42,416 nt of DNA, taken from positions 1-42,416 of IMG/VR virus record IMGVR_UViG_3300033233_000074; one strand, 5' to 3'. Below, one piece after another: positions 8,690 through 17,547 of this stretch. The translations under genes were made by a program, and so were the position numbers. The stretch comes from a virus. Its lineage: Duplodnaviria > Caudoviricetes. Under the pieces are notes generated by a model, which saw nothing but the letters and a program-made list of their open reading frames with translations, did not search any database and was not told the DNA's origin. Within the stretch, counting starts at the first letter, position 1; each line of letters opens with the position of its first letter.

Positions 8690-8760
8690 CCCGCGACCTC
8701 CCCGGCGTAAAGCCGGTTCATCGGTTTCGGCAGTGCCCCAGACTGCCATCGTCAGGCGGG
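8690..8760 (-). ncRNA. Type I hammerhead ribozyme
   Basis: Minus strand: CCCGC-CUGACGA-U-GGCAGU(cuggggc)ACUGCC-GAAACC...GGUC-GCGGG. All three stems and the core are present, with one extra U after A9. Confidence 0.8.
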
Positions 8761-8940
8761 TTTGTGTGTGTAGTGATTTCCCAATCTTTCGTATAGGTTC
8801 TGGCAAACATGGGTGTTCATGCGGTCAATTGCAGTGCATTTACCATGCTTTTCGCATCCCTCGCATACTGCATTTTCACGATTCCATTTATTTATCCAAT
8901 ATTTTTGAGCCTCGCTGTTCGTATTCCATAGGTTTCCCAT
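8752..8940 (-). CDS. Small Cys-rich hypothetical protein (62 aa)
   Basis: AGAGGAG RBS before ATG at 8940; CEGC...C...C residues. Shorter than the 113-aa ORF in the track. Confidence 0.6.
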   Translation of the reverse strand: MGNLWNTNSEAQKYWINKWNRENAVCEGCEKHGKCTAIDRMNTHVCQNLYERLGNHYTHKPA

Positions 8941-8989
8941 TTTTTTCGCTCCTCTCTGCGGGATTAGCCGCCTGGCTTCGGCCTTGAAT

Positions 8990-9304
8990 TTATTCCGCTG
9001 TGTATGCTTGCCACTTCTTAGTAACTTCACACTCGATAATGTATCTACACTTTCCTTCGGGGTCATACACGAAGTACGGGTATTCTGTTCCAACGCCTTT
9101 TAAGGTTTCCTTGATACTGTTCTTGTAACTTTTGCCTTCTTCTAGTGCCTTAATAGCAGCGTCTACGTTGCCGGTCTTACGGGCTTCTGCTACCTGTCTT
9201 CCACGTTCTTTCGCCCATCGTTTCACGCTGATAAAATAATCCGGGTTAAGTCCTGTTTGAATTCTCCAACCGGTTGGCATTTCTTTTCTGCTTAGCTTTT
9301 TCAT
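8990..9304 (-). CDS. Hypothetical protein (104 aa)
   Basis: GGGAGG RBS before ATG at 9304. Confidence 0.65.
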   Translation of the reverse strand: MKKLSRKEMPTGWRIQTGLNPDYFISVKRWAKERGRQVAEARKTGNVDAAIKALEEGKSYKNSIKETLKGVGTEYPYFVYDPEGKCRYIIECEVTKKWQAYTAE

Positions 9305-9325
9305 AGCTTTGGCCTCCCTCATTAT

Positions 9326-9412
9326 CGACTCCATAATAGTGTCATTTCTTAAGTAAATATTAGCATGACACTATAAAAGTGTCAATAGTATATTGACACT
9401 TTTTTGGAGTAT
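9326..9412. promoter_or_regulatory. Three operator-like inverted repeats in a divergent promoter region
   Basis: cGACTCC-N5-AGTGTCA, perfect TGACACT-N5-AGTGTCA, and TGACACT-N5-GGAGTat, overlapping TTGACA boxes on both strands. Confidence 0.7.
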
Positions 9413-9438
9413 ATTTATAATGATGGTGAGGTGGTATC

Positions 9439-9651
9439 ATGATTAAGTCCAACCTAAAGGAAATCCTCGACTCAAGAGGTTTATCTATTCGAAAAGTGGC
9501 CGGAGATTTGGGTTACAGGTTTGAAACGGTGCGCCGGATGTACAATGACGACATGAAACATTATCCGGGAGATTTGATTGACAAGCTTTGCGCGTATCTT
9601 GATATAGAAGTTGGCGAGCTGCTGGAGCATAAAAAAGACACCGGGGAGTAA
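9439..9651 (+). CDS. Cro/C1-type HTH regulator
   Basis: 70 aa; LKEILDSRGLSIRKVA...IDKLCAYLDIEVGELL. Confidence 0.9.
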   Translation: MIKSNLKEILDSRGLSIRKVAGDLGYRFETVRRMYNDDMKHYPGDLIDKLCAYLDIEVGELLEHKKDTGE

Positions 9652-9674
9652 GCCGGTGCCGGCCGCCGCGAAGA

Positions 9675-9712
9675 AGAAAACCCTCTCTCGCTTCGGCGGG
9701 GGAGGGCTTTCT
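9675..9712. terminator. Intrinsic terminator (possibly bidirectional)
   Basis: ccctctctcgc-TTCG-gcgggggaggg flanked by A- and T-rich tracts. Confidence 0.75.
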
Positions 9713-9725
9713 TACTTTTGCCGGG

Positions 9726-9810
9726 GATACCATCTACAGGGTACCACCTACAAGGTACCGTCCTTATAGCGCGGTATCTTATAGACGGTATTCTATGCGC
9801 GGTAGGTAGA
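9726..9810. repeat. Symmetric 3+3 inverted repeat array with 14-bp period
   Basis: TACC at 9728, 9742, 9756 and GGTA at 9773, 9787, 9801; all three pairs are centred on 9766. Confidence 0.75.
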
Positions 9811-9960
9811 TAAACCAGCAGAACCTTATCGTGTCTGGCTTTGCAGGTTTGTAGCGGATATCAGTTAGGAGTGTTTTTTTGGTAGGGAAAATTTTAATAA
9901 AAACCTGATAAAAGGACTTGCCATCGTATTGATTATGCGGTATCATAGAATCAAGATAAC

Positions 9961-10365
9961 ATGAAAGGAGAAATGAAAAAAATGATGTATGTAAAAACCT
10001 TTGCTTCTTTTGCCCCCGGTTTGACTGAGCTTGCGAACGTCTATTTCAGTGCGAAAGACGCACTGACAATGGGAACCCCGAGAAAGCCGCTTCCGGAAAC
10101 GGAAGAGGAAGCCACGACAAGGCTTGCCTTGAACGTGATCTGGGATCGTCCCACCGGAAACGGTGTGGATTGGGATATGTGCTCCATTTCCATTTCCGCC
10201 TATGGTGTCACGTACACCACGCGCGGAGGGATTACTTTCGGGTGGAGGGTGTATCCCGAAGGATCTCAGGAATACCCCTTCCTCGGGTATAGGTTCTTCG
10301 TAACTCATGCCCACATAGATTCTCCTGATTCCAGCCTTGCCGCCTCCGCACAAGCGGCGGGATAG
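9961..10365 (+). CDS. Hypothetical protein
   Basis: 134 aa ORF downstream of a TTGCCA...TATCAT sigma-A-like promoter; an internal AAGGAG RBS suggests a start near 9982-9985. Confidence 0.55.
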   Translation: MKGEMKKMMYVKTFASFAPGLTELANVYFSAKDALTMGTPRKPLPETEEEATTRLALNVIWDRPTGNGVDWDMCSISISAYGVTYTTRGGITFGWRVYPEGSQEYPFLGYRFFVTHAHIDSPDSSLAASAQAAG

Positions 10366-10374
10366 GTACAAACG

Positions 10375-10482
10375 GAATAAACCGAAAGGCAGTCGCCAAC
10401 CCGCAAAGCTGAACGACTGCCTTTGAACCACCACGGAGGACGGTTATGCTTACATAATACAGCAGCCGTCTTCCGAAGACAA
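10375..10482 (-). ncRNA. Candidate cis-antisense sRNA (promoter included) in the leader of the helicase/PAPS-reductase operon
   Basis: Minus-strand TTGTCT-17-TATTAT (10482-10454), then an 11-bp hairpin aaaggcagtcg/cgactgccttt. Confidence 0.45.
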
Positions 10483-10489
10483 GGAGGAA

Positions 10490-11662
10490 ATGGAAATGGC
10501 TTGGTATAATATTACTTATGCTTGCGGCCATGAAGGCCGGGAGCAAATCTATGGGCCTACGAAAAATAGGCAATGGATTGCTGATCGCAAGGCCGAAGGG
10601 CTTTGCCCGGATTGCTACCAGAAAGAGCTCAAGCGTAAGCACGAGGAAGAAAACGCTAAAGCTGCGGAGGTCAATAAAGAGTATGGACTCCCTGAACTTA
10701 TTGGTACTCCGAAGCAGGTGGCTTGGGCGGAAACCTGCCGGAGAGACTTGATTGCAAAGATCCAAAAAGTGATCGATGAAGAACTTGAACACATCGATGA
10801 ATCTAAAAAAGATGTACCACTGAAAAGGCTAACTATCGCGCTCCAGCACATTATGAGCCAAGAGTCAGCGGCTTGGTGGATTGATAACCGAGGACTTGAA
10901 GGTCGTTATGAAATAGTATCGCTCCTCGCAAAGCATTACAAAGAAGCCAATAGCGAACCAGAAAAGAAACTAATTGAGGCGGAAAAGATTGCAATTGAAG
11001 CAGAAGCTACAGTTCGCCCCGAAAATCCTGTTACTGAAACTGTAGCGGAAATTCTAGTGAAAGACGATAGCGTTGAGATTGTTTTCCCGGAGAAGAGGGA
11101 CGATTTCCGGGAACTAGTCAAATCTACTCTCAAGATGAAGTGGGAGGGAAGATGGGTACGCAAACTCGTGCCACGAAACGGAACCCCAGTAGACCGCGCA
11201 GCCGAAGCCGGGCATCGGTTATTGGCAGCCGGTTTCCCGATCCGAATTTTTGATGCGGCAATCCGCGAGAAAGCTATCCGCGGTGAGTATGAACCGGAAT
11301 GTACCCGTTGGATACTTACCAGGACAAGTGGGGAATACAATGGTTGGCTCGTCGTTTCATGGGAGTGTCCCGATGACTTCTACAAAGCCGCCCGGCGTTT
11401 GCCCGGCAGTCGTTATTCTAGCCCATGTGTTGTTGTTCGGCCGGAGCATTACGAGGAAGTATTGGATTTTGCAGCCAAGTACGGATTCAAGATTTCGGCA
11501 AGCGCACAGGCTTTCATAGATGCAGCACGGGAAATTCGTGAGCGCGCCCTGGTCCCACATATCGATGAGCCAGAGAAAGTCAAACATATTGTTACGTCCG
11601 GCAAGCCACCTGTTCTTGAAGTTCCAAGCGAGGTGGGGATAGCGGATGAATTTAAGGACTGA
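10490..11662 (+). CDS. Hypothetical protein with N-terminal Zn-finger (CGH...CPDC)
   Basis: 390 aa, AGGAGG RBS, LIGTPKQVAWAE motif; overlaps the start of the helicase gene. Confidence 0.8.
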   Translation: MEMAWYNITYACGHEGREQIYGPTKNRQWIADRKAEGLCPDCYQKELKRKHEEENAKAAEVNKEYGLPELIGTPKQVAWAETCRRDLIAKIQKVIDEELEHIDESKKDVPLKRLTIALQHIMSQESAAWWIDNRGLEGRYEIVSLLAKHYKEANSEPEKKLIEAEKIAIEAEATVRPENPVTETVAEILVKDDSVEIVFPEKRDDFRELVKSTLKMKWEGRWVRKLVPRNGTPVDRAAEAGHRLLAAGFPIRIFDAAIREKAIRGEYEPECTRWILTRTSGEYNGWLVVSWECPDDFYKAARRLPGSRYSSPCVVVRPEHYEEVLDFAAKYGFKISASAQAFIDAAREIRERALVPHIDEPEKVKHIVTSGKPPVLEVPSEVGIADEFKD

Positions 11663-13058
11663 GCTTTTGCCCCACCAGGTTCCTGTAGTAGAAAAGATTC
11701 TGCCATCGCGAATCGGAGCTCTTTTCATGCAGATGGGGCTGGGCAAGAGCCGGACGGCCATAGAACTGGCGTTTAGGCGCTGGAGCAAAATTGATCATGT
11801 CGTCTGGTTCTGCCCAGTGTCCTTGAAAGAGACAGTGCGACAGGAAATCCTTAAGCACACAGATTGCACCAACATCTATGTATTCAATGACAAAACCAAC
11901 GCAAAACGCCTTCCCCTGGCCTCCTGGTACATTATTGGCATCGAGTCAATGAGTTCAAGCACCCGTATGGTTCTAGCTGCAAACAAGCTGATTACAACCG
12001 AGACCATGGTGATCTTGGACGAGTCCAGCTACATCAAAGGCCATTACACTAAGAGGACGCTCCGAATCACCAAGATGTCGGAGCGTGCCCGCTATCGGCT
12101 CATCCTAACCGGCACCCCGCTTTCTCAGGGGGTTGTGGACCTGTTCGCACAAATGAGGTTTCTCTCACCGAAAATCCTTGGCTACGATTCCTTCTACTCC
12201 TTTGCTGCAAACCACCTGGAATACAGCGAGAAATTCCCTGGCATGATCGTCCGAGCGCACAATACTGAATATCTCGCTGCCAAGATTGCCCCGTACGTTT
12301 ATCAAGTGACCAAGGAGGAGTGCTTGAATCTTCCCTCAAAGCTTTATACCACTCGCTATTTTTACATGACCGATGAACAGGCAGAGAGATATCAGCAAGC
12401 CAAAGAGGAGATTCTAGCAGAGTTGTTGGAGCAGGAAGAGTTTGATACGACAGTGATATTCCGTCTTTTCTCCGTTTTGCAGCAGATCGCCAGTGGTTTC
12501 TGGCACCGAAGAGTGAAGCGCAAAGGTTTTCAGATGTTGGAATTCGAGCATGAACGCATTGACATGCTTTTGAGTACAATCCGAGAAATCCCCGAGACAG
12601 AAAAGATCATTATCTGGGCAAAATTCCGGTATGATATTGACCACATTGAGAAGGCATTACGGAAAGAATTTGGGGAAAATAGTGTGGCTTTGTTTCACGG
12701 TGGGCTATCGGAAAAGGAGCGTAATAAGCAGGTATCGCTTTTTCGGAGCCCAGCTCGGTTTTTCTTGGCCACACAAAGTGCCGGCGGCCACGGCCTCACT
12801 CTGAACGAAGCGCATTATGTCATCTTCTACAACAACGGCTTCAAGTATTCCGAACGGGAGCAGGCTGAGGATCGCTGTCATCGAATTGGCCAGACGCACA
12901 AAGTGACTTACATTGATATCCAGTGTCTTTGCAGTATCGACGAGAGGATTGCAAAAGCACTCAGTAACAAGGGGGATATGGTGCAGGAATTCCGGGCAGA
13001 GGTGGAAAAGATTAAGGACAAGAAAGACGCGCTGAGGGAGTTGATTCAAAAGCTATGA
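11646..13058 (+). CDS. SNF2-like SF2 helicase/ATPase
   Basis: MQMGLGKS, ILDESS, LTGTP, GGHGLTL, QAEDRCHRIGQ. Confidence 0.92.
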   Translation: MNLRTELLPHQVPVVEKILPSRIGALFMQMGLGKSRTAIELAFRRWSKIDHVVWFCPVSLKETVRQEILKHTDCTNIYVFNDKTNAKRLPLASWYIIGIESMSSSTRMVLAANKLITTETMVILDESSYIKGHYTKRTLRITKMSERARYRLILTGTPLSQGVVDLFAQMRFLSPKILGYDSFYSFAANHLEYSEKFPGMIVRAHNTEYLAAKIAPYVYQVTKEECLNLPSKLYTTRYFYMTDEQAERYQQAKEEILAELLEQEEFDTTVIFRLFSVLQQIASGFWHRRVKRKGFQMLEFEHERIDMLLSTIREIPETEKIIIWAKFRYDIDHIEKALRKEFGENSVALFHGGLSEKERNKQVSLFRSPARFFLATQSAGGHGLTLNEAHYVIFYNNGFKYSEREQAEDRCHRIGQTHKVTYIDIQCLCSIDERIAKALSNKGDMVQEFRAEVEKIKDKKDALRELIQKL

Positions 13059-13930
13059 TTAGGATTGGCTTAAGTAGCCGGGAAAAGCAAAAGGTCGTTG
13101 ATGCCTACTTGCAGACCCATGACATCAAGAAGATCTATTGCTTTTATTTCAAAAAGTTCCCCATCAAGTTTAAAGTTGATTGCGACATCGAGTATATCGA
13201 GTATGCCGACATCGAAATGTATAAGTTCTTTTATCGACTGCTTGAGGAGATTGATGGGACAAGCCTCATCATCATGGACGAGTGTATGCGGACGCAAAAC
13301 CGGAGTGAGTTGATTTACAACTGTGCCCATCACTATTTGAATCAGACACCGCATCGTATCATTTTTGAATTCTTTCCGATTATTGACAATAAGAACGATT
13401 TCATGATTTTGCTCGACTTTGAGAACAAAGGGAAGTATAAAGGAAAATCCTTTGACTATGTGTTTCTTCAAAGTGAGGATATTCTCATAAAGCCCTTTCG
13501 TGTCAAATTGGAACCGATCAACGTTGAAATCACGGACAAAGATATTGAGCGTTACAACAAGAAGAAGGAGCAACTATTCGATAATTTAGGCGACAAGGAC
13601 CCTGACACCGTACCAAGAAGCCTGCAGCTTTTTGTCGGGGGCCTAAAGAAGAAGTCCATAGATCCCAATGAATTGTATGTCGCGAGGAATAAGCGGTTTA
13701 AGTTGGATAACGTGAAAACCTACGATGAAATTGATAAGCAGGGAAATTACATCGTTATAGACACCGACTGGCGAAGGCTAAACTTCAACGATTTCCTTAA
13801 GACAACCCGAATGACAAGGATCAAGTATTTAAGTACAGTTCTCTCAATCGACAATGTGATCATCACTGAATTCTCGAAGTGGAAAGCGAGGTTAGACGCA
13901 ATCTATGCTCAAGCAAGTCTATATCAATAA
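13055..13930 (+). CDS. Hypothetical protein, possibly a degenerate helicase-like fold
   Basis: 291 aa, ATGA-coupled; LIIMDEC resembles Walker B but no Walker A is visible. Confidence 0.7.
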   Translation: MIRIGLSSREKQKVVDAYLQTHDIKKIYCFYFKKFPIKFKVDCDIEYIEYADIEMYKFFYRLLEEIDGTSLIIMDECMRTQNRSELIYNCAHHYLNQTPHRIIFEFFPIIDNKNDFMILLDFENKGKYKGKSFDYVFLQSEDILIKPFRVKLEPINVEITDKDIERYNKKKEQLFDNLGDKDPDTVPRSLQLFVGGLKKKSIDPNELYVARNKRFKLDNVKTYDEIDKQGNYIVIDTDWRRLNFNDFLKTTRMTRIKYLSTVLSIDNVIITEFSKWKARLDAIYAQASLYQ

Positions 13931-15023
13931 GACGGTGTTAGAGGCGGCCAAGGAACGCATTGCCTACATCTTTGACGAGTTCGAGAACATCATCGTCTCA
14001 ATAAGCGGCGGAAAAGATAGCACCGTCCTGGCGCACCTGGCACTTACCGAAGCACATAAACGCTGCCGGAAAATCGGAATATTCTTCCTGGATGAAGAGG
14101 TTGTTTACGACAGCACTATTAAGCAGGTTGAATACATCATGAATCTATACCCCGAAAACACAATTAAGCTGTGGTTTCAAATCGAATTCCACCTCACAAA
14201 CGCCACTAGTCTAACTGAGAGCCAACTCATTCCCTGGGAGGCCGGTAAGCACAAAATCTGGATGCGGAGCAAGCGGGCTGATTCTATCCAGCATAAACCA
14301 TGGCCGAAAGAGACAGAAACTGTCCGGGACAAAAACAAAGGCTTTGGGTTTTACGACGCACTGGAGAACTTTCAGCGCTCACGTAAGGATACAGCCTTCC
14401 TTGTTGGCCTTAGAGCTACAGAAAGCCCGAACCGATGGAGGGCAGTATCAAAAAACCCCGGATACAAAAATGTCTATTGGTGCACAAAAATGCCTAACGG
14501 CTGTGCTTCCTTCTACCCTCTGTACGACTGGAACTTTCATGATATCTGGAAATACATTTACGACAATCAGTTGAGATACTCTAAAATTTATGACTACATG
14601 TACAAAAAGGGTATGGGATTGCAAGAGATCCGGGTATCAAGTCTAATCCATGAGAAATCTTTTAAGGCGCTGGTGGAACTGCCGGAGTTCGAACCCAAGA
14701 CATATGATCGACTACTTAAACGTATCAAGGGAATCAGCGTCGGGAATCTCTATGGCAAGGATACAAAGATGTTACGAGTGCAAAAGTTGCCAAAGAACTT
14801 CAAGACGTGGATGGAGTACCGGGATTTCCTGCTGGAAACCTATCCGGATGAGACCAAAAAGGAAATCTTTGTGAAGAGGTTTGCCAAACACCTGAATAAT
14901 TCCTATGTCGCTCGCCAACAATGCCGACAACTCATACTGAACGATTACGAAAACAATCTGCCGATAGACAATAAGCCGGACCCAAGGGAAGAAACTATAA
15001 GGAAGTGGAGGGAGTTGTTATGA
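13905..15023 (+). CDS. PAPS-reductase-family PP-loop protein (IbrA-like)
   Basis: VSISGGKDS PP-loop, LVGLRATESPNRW, YPLYDWNFHDIW. Confidence 0.9.
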   Translation: MLKQVYINKTVLEAAKERIAYIFDEFENIIVSISGGKDSTVLAHLALTEAHKRCRKIGIFFLDEEVVYDSTIKQVEYIMNLYPENTIKLWFQIEFHLTNATSLTESQLIPWEAGKHKIWMRSKRADSIQHKPWPKETETVRDKNKGFGFYDALENFQRSRKDTAFLVGLRATESPNRWRAVSKNPGYKNVYWCTKMPNGCASFYPLYDWNFHDIWKYIYDNQLRYSKIYDYMYKKGMGLQEIRVSSLIHEKSFKALVELPEFEPKTYDRLLKRIKGISVGNLYGKDTKMLRVQKLPKNFKTWMEYRDFLLETYPDETKKEIFVKRFAKHLNNSYVARQQCRQLILNDYENNLPIDNKPDPREETIRKWRELL

Positions 15024-15559
15024 TGGTTATTGAGTCCAAAAAGGGACCGATTAAGCTACCGTGCATGGATGTCAAAATCGTTGATATAGACTTGGTGCAA
15101 GCCAATAATTACAACCCTAACCGCGTATCATCTCAAAATATGGGCTTACTAGAGGAGTCGATTCTGTCCAATGGCTTTTGCTTTGCGGTTGTGACAGTCT
15201 GGGATCCGGATCTGGAGAAATATATCGTGGTTGACGGATATCATAGATACCTTGAATTCCGGGACCGACTGGAAGCTAAGCAAATCCCTATCATTGTTCT
15301 GGAACATGATATCACTAAGCGCATGGAAGCCACGGTGCAATTTAACCGGGCTCGCGGAGTACACCAGGTTGAACTTATGGGAGATTTAGTTCAGGCTCTG
15401 GTAGAGCAAGGGGTCGAGGATGAGGAGATCGCTCAGAAGCTCGGTATGGAAATTGAGGAGGTTTATCGGCTGAAGCAAATCACCGGCATTGCAGAACTGT
15501 TTAAAAATCAAATCTACTCAAAAGCCTGGGAAATGGTCGAGGTGGATGAAAGTGCCTAA
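15020..15559 (+). CDS. ParB/Srx-like protein (IbrB-like) with C-terminal HTH
   Basis: ANNYNPNRV, IVVDGYHRY, TVQFNRARGVH, EIAQKLGM. Confidence 0.9.
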   Translation: MMVIESKKGPIKLPCMDVKIVDIDLVQANNYNPNRVSSQNMGLLEESILSNGFCFAVVTVWDPDLEKYIVVDGYHRYLEFRDRLEAKQIPIIVLEHDITKRMEATVQFNRARGVHQVELMGDLVQALVEQGVEDEEIAQKLGMEIEEVYRLKQITGIAELFKNQIYSKAWEMVEVDESA

Positions 15560-16214
15560 TTGGGATTATGGAGGAGCTTACTTGCGGCATCCACTTAGCC
15601 CACATCAGCTGGCCGTTTTTGAGGATGGAAGCGCCCTAAAAGTCCACGACATCTTTGAGCCATTGCCAGAGTTTATGCGTTCTGCTGATCTAATCTTTGT
15701 AGATCCGCCCTGGAACCTTGGAAACCTGAATACTTTCTACACCAAGGCCGAGCGGACCGATTACCAGACGAGTTTTGAGCGGTTTTACAAACGCTTGTTT
15801 GAATGTATTGAAGAAATATCCCCGAAGACTTGTTACGTAGAAGTTGGAAAGGAATACTTGAGCGAATTTATCCGGGAAATGAAGAGTCTCTTTCGGAACG
15901 TCACCTTCTACAACAGCACTTATTACCACAAGGAAAGTAATCTTTGCTATGTTATCCGCGGGGGACACAAAAGAGCGAAGCTGCCTCTCGACTATATGGA
16001 CGAAGAAGACATTATTGAGTGGATCTGTGAGCACGAGAGTTATTCCTGCATTGGGGATCTGTGCATGGGACGTGGGCTTGTCGGGCTGAACGCCCAGAAA
16101 AACGGCAAAAAGTTCGTCGGTACCGAATTGAACCACAAACGCCTGTCTGTTCTCCTAGAGTCCCTGGTCAAAAGAGGATTTACTTACAAAATTGTCGAAG
16201 AGGAGGGACTATAA
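15546..16214 (+). CDS. Amino-methyltransferase-like protein (beta-class motif order)
   Basis: FVDPPWN (motif IV) precedes DLCMGRG...GTEL (SAM-binding motif I). Confidence 0.75.
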   Translation: MKVPNWDYGGAYLRHPLSPHQLAVFEDGSALKVHDIFEPLPEFMRSADLIFVDPPWNLGNLNTFYTKAERTDYQTSFERFYKRLFECIEEISPKTCYVEVGKEYLSEFIREMKSLFRNVTFYNSTYYHKESNLCYVIRGGHKRAKLPLDYMDEEDIIEWICEHESYSCIGDLCMGRGLVGLNAQKNGKKFVGTELNHKRLSVLLESLVKRGFTYKIVEEEGL

Positions 16215-16414
16215 TGGGGCATGGCGGTCGTCGTCCTGGAGCGGGCAGACCTAAAAATCCGGATAAACCTTCCGCAAGATTTTCATTCCGTTGCCCAGAT
16301 TTGGAATATGAGGAGATTAAGCAGGCTGCAGCAGCCGAAAACAAAAGCATCAACCAATACTTGATTGATGCCGGGGTAAAAAGGTGGAGAAACAAGTGTA
16401 TAAACTCGAAGTAG
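16214..16414 (+). CDS. Small RHH/Arc-like DNA-binding protein with AT-hook-like N-terminus
   Basis: GHGGRRPGAGRPK...IKQAAAAENKSINQYL; GGAGG RBS. Confidence 0.75.
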   Translation: MGHGGRRPGAGRPKNPDKPSARFSFRCPDLEYEEIKQAAAAENKSINQYLIDAGVKRWRNKCINSK

Positions 16415-16932
16415 GGAAGCCCTATATCGAGGGCAAGACGCGATGGCCAGACGCATCTCAGTTCGTCTACGATAGATGCGGATTGATGCTCAGTATTTTT
16501 GCCGGACACCTGAAAGAGTCAGAGATTGAAGCCGTTCGGAAAGGTCAGGTTGAATTGGCCATCTACGAAAATCAGCCAGCCGTTTTTCTCCTGTATAGAA
16601 TTAAAGGATTCGGGCCGTGGAGTGATGTTCCATATTCGATCCATCTTGTAAGCCCAGAGAATAGACCGGACATCAAGCCATTGATTATAGAAGGACAAAA
16701 GTTGCTTATGACCATAATTCTGGTGGATGCTGATACAGGAATCATTAAAGCACTAAGGGCAGTTTCTACGAGCACGGCGTTTACGGTTGCCCTTAACCAG
16801 GCAGTCATGCGGCAGGCAAAACAAACATTCAGCCAGACCGAATATAATCGGCACGTCAATTCACTTTATGCCAGATATTCTTCGGATCAGATGGCAGTTA
16901 TGGCTGAAGGCAAGCATAGGGCTGGAGAATAG
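16384..16932 (+). CDS. Hypothetical protein
   Basis: 182 aa ORF in operon order. Confidence 0.7.
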   Translation: MEKQVYKLEVGKPYIEGKTRWPDASQFVYDRCGLMLSIFAGHLKESEIEAVRKGQVELAIYENQPAVFLLYRIKGFGPWSDVPYSIHLVSPENRPDIKPLIIEGQKLLMTIILVDADTGIIKALRAVSTSTAFTVALNQAVMRQAKQTFSQTEYNRHVNSLYARYSSDQMAVMAEGKHRAGE

Positions 16933-16933
16933 T

Positions 16934-17164
16934 ATGAACGTCCGGATAGATGTCTTGGCAGTCAACGGCAAGCCCTGTAGCTTTCGCTACCGCCGTCGTT
17001 GGTATACGGTCACCGGCATCCAGGACATGTGGCGCGACGTAGGCGAATGGTGGACCGGCGAGGGGGAGAAGACCTTCTGGCGGGTGGCCTGCAGGGAGAA
17101 GATGTTCGAGCTATACTGGGATGCCAAGCTGGAACAATGGTTCATGTATAAGGTGTGGGATTGA
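16934..17164 (+). CDS. DUF6504-like protein
   Basis: P-SFRYRRRWY-V...W...GEWW-GEGEK-FWRV...FELY...W...VWD pattern. Confidence 0.7.
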   Translation: MNVRIDVLAVNGKPCSFRYRRRWYTVTGIQDMWRDVGEWWTGEGEKTFWRVACREKMFELYWDAKLEQWFMYKVWD

Positions 17165-17175
17165 ATCCGGGAGAC

Positions 17176-17208
17176 AAAAAAGCCCTCGGCACAGCCGAGA
17201 GCTTCTTT
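17176..17208. terminator. Bidirectional terminator between convergent blocks
   Basis: AAAAAAgccctcggc-aca-gccgagagcTT. Confidence 0.75.
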
Positions 17209-17223
17209 AGTATTTCGTTGTCG

Positions 17224-17457
17224 TTACATATCCCATTCTTCACCACAATTTTGGCATATCGCAACTTTTTTATGCTTAAACTTTGTTTTTGTTTTTGCCT
17301 TCTTCTTGGCAAATATTAGCCATAATCCAAAGGTGCAAATTATTAGCAGCCATCTTCCCAACGTAAACAAGCATCCTTTGCCTTTTGTACTACTGCTGGC
17401 TCCTATCTGTATTATTTGGATACTTACGTTTTCACTCCCGCATTTTGAACATATCAT
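17224..17457 (-). CDS. Small Zn-ribbon membrane protein (77 aa)
   Basis: CSKC...TM segment...CQNC; AGGAGAGG RBS before ATG at 17457. Confidence 0.75.
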   Translation of the reverse strand: MICSKCGSENVSIQIIQIGASSSTKGKGCLFTLGRWLLIICTFGLWLIFAKKKAKTKTKFKHKKVAICQNCGEEWDM

Positions 17458-17547
17458 AATTGTCAATCCTCTCCTTTTCTTGGTCTGTCTTGTAAGTACA
17501 GTATAGATCAACTTTTGGACAATAAACGGATTCGACAAAAATAGTCA

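Noticed and set aside
8955-8990. GCCGAAGCCAGGCGGCUAAUCCCGC (minus strand) as a small ribozyme or pseudoknot
   Set aside because: Only a 4-bp stem is supportable and no ribozyme core is recognisable.
9726-9810. CRISPR mini-array
   Set aside because: Units are 14 bp, degenerate, and have no spacers.
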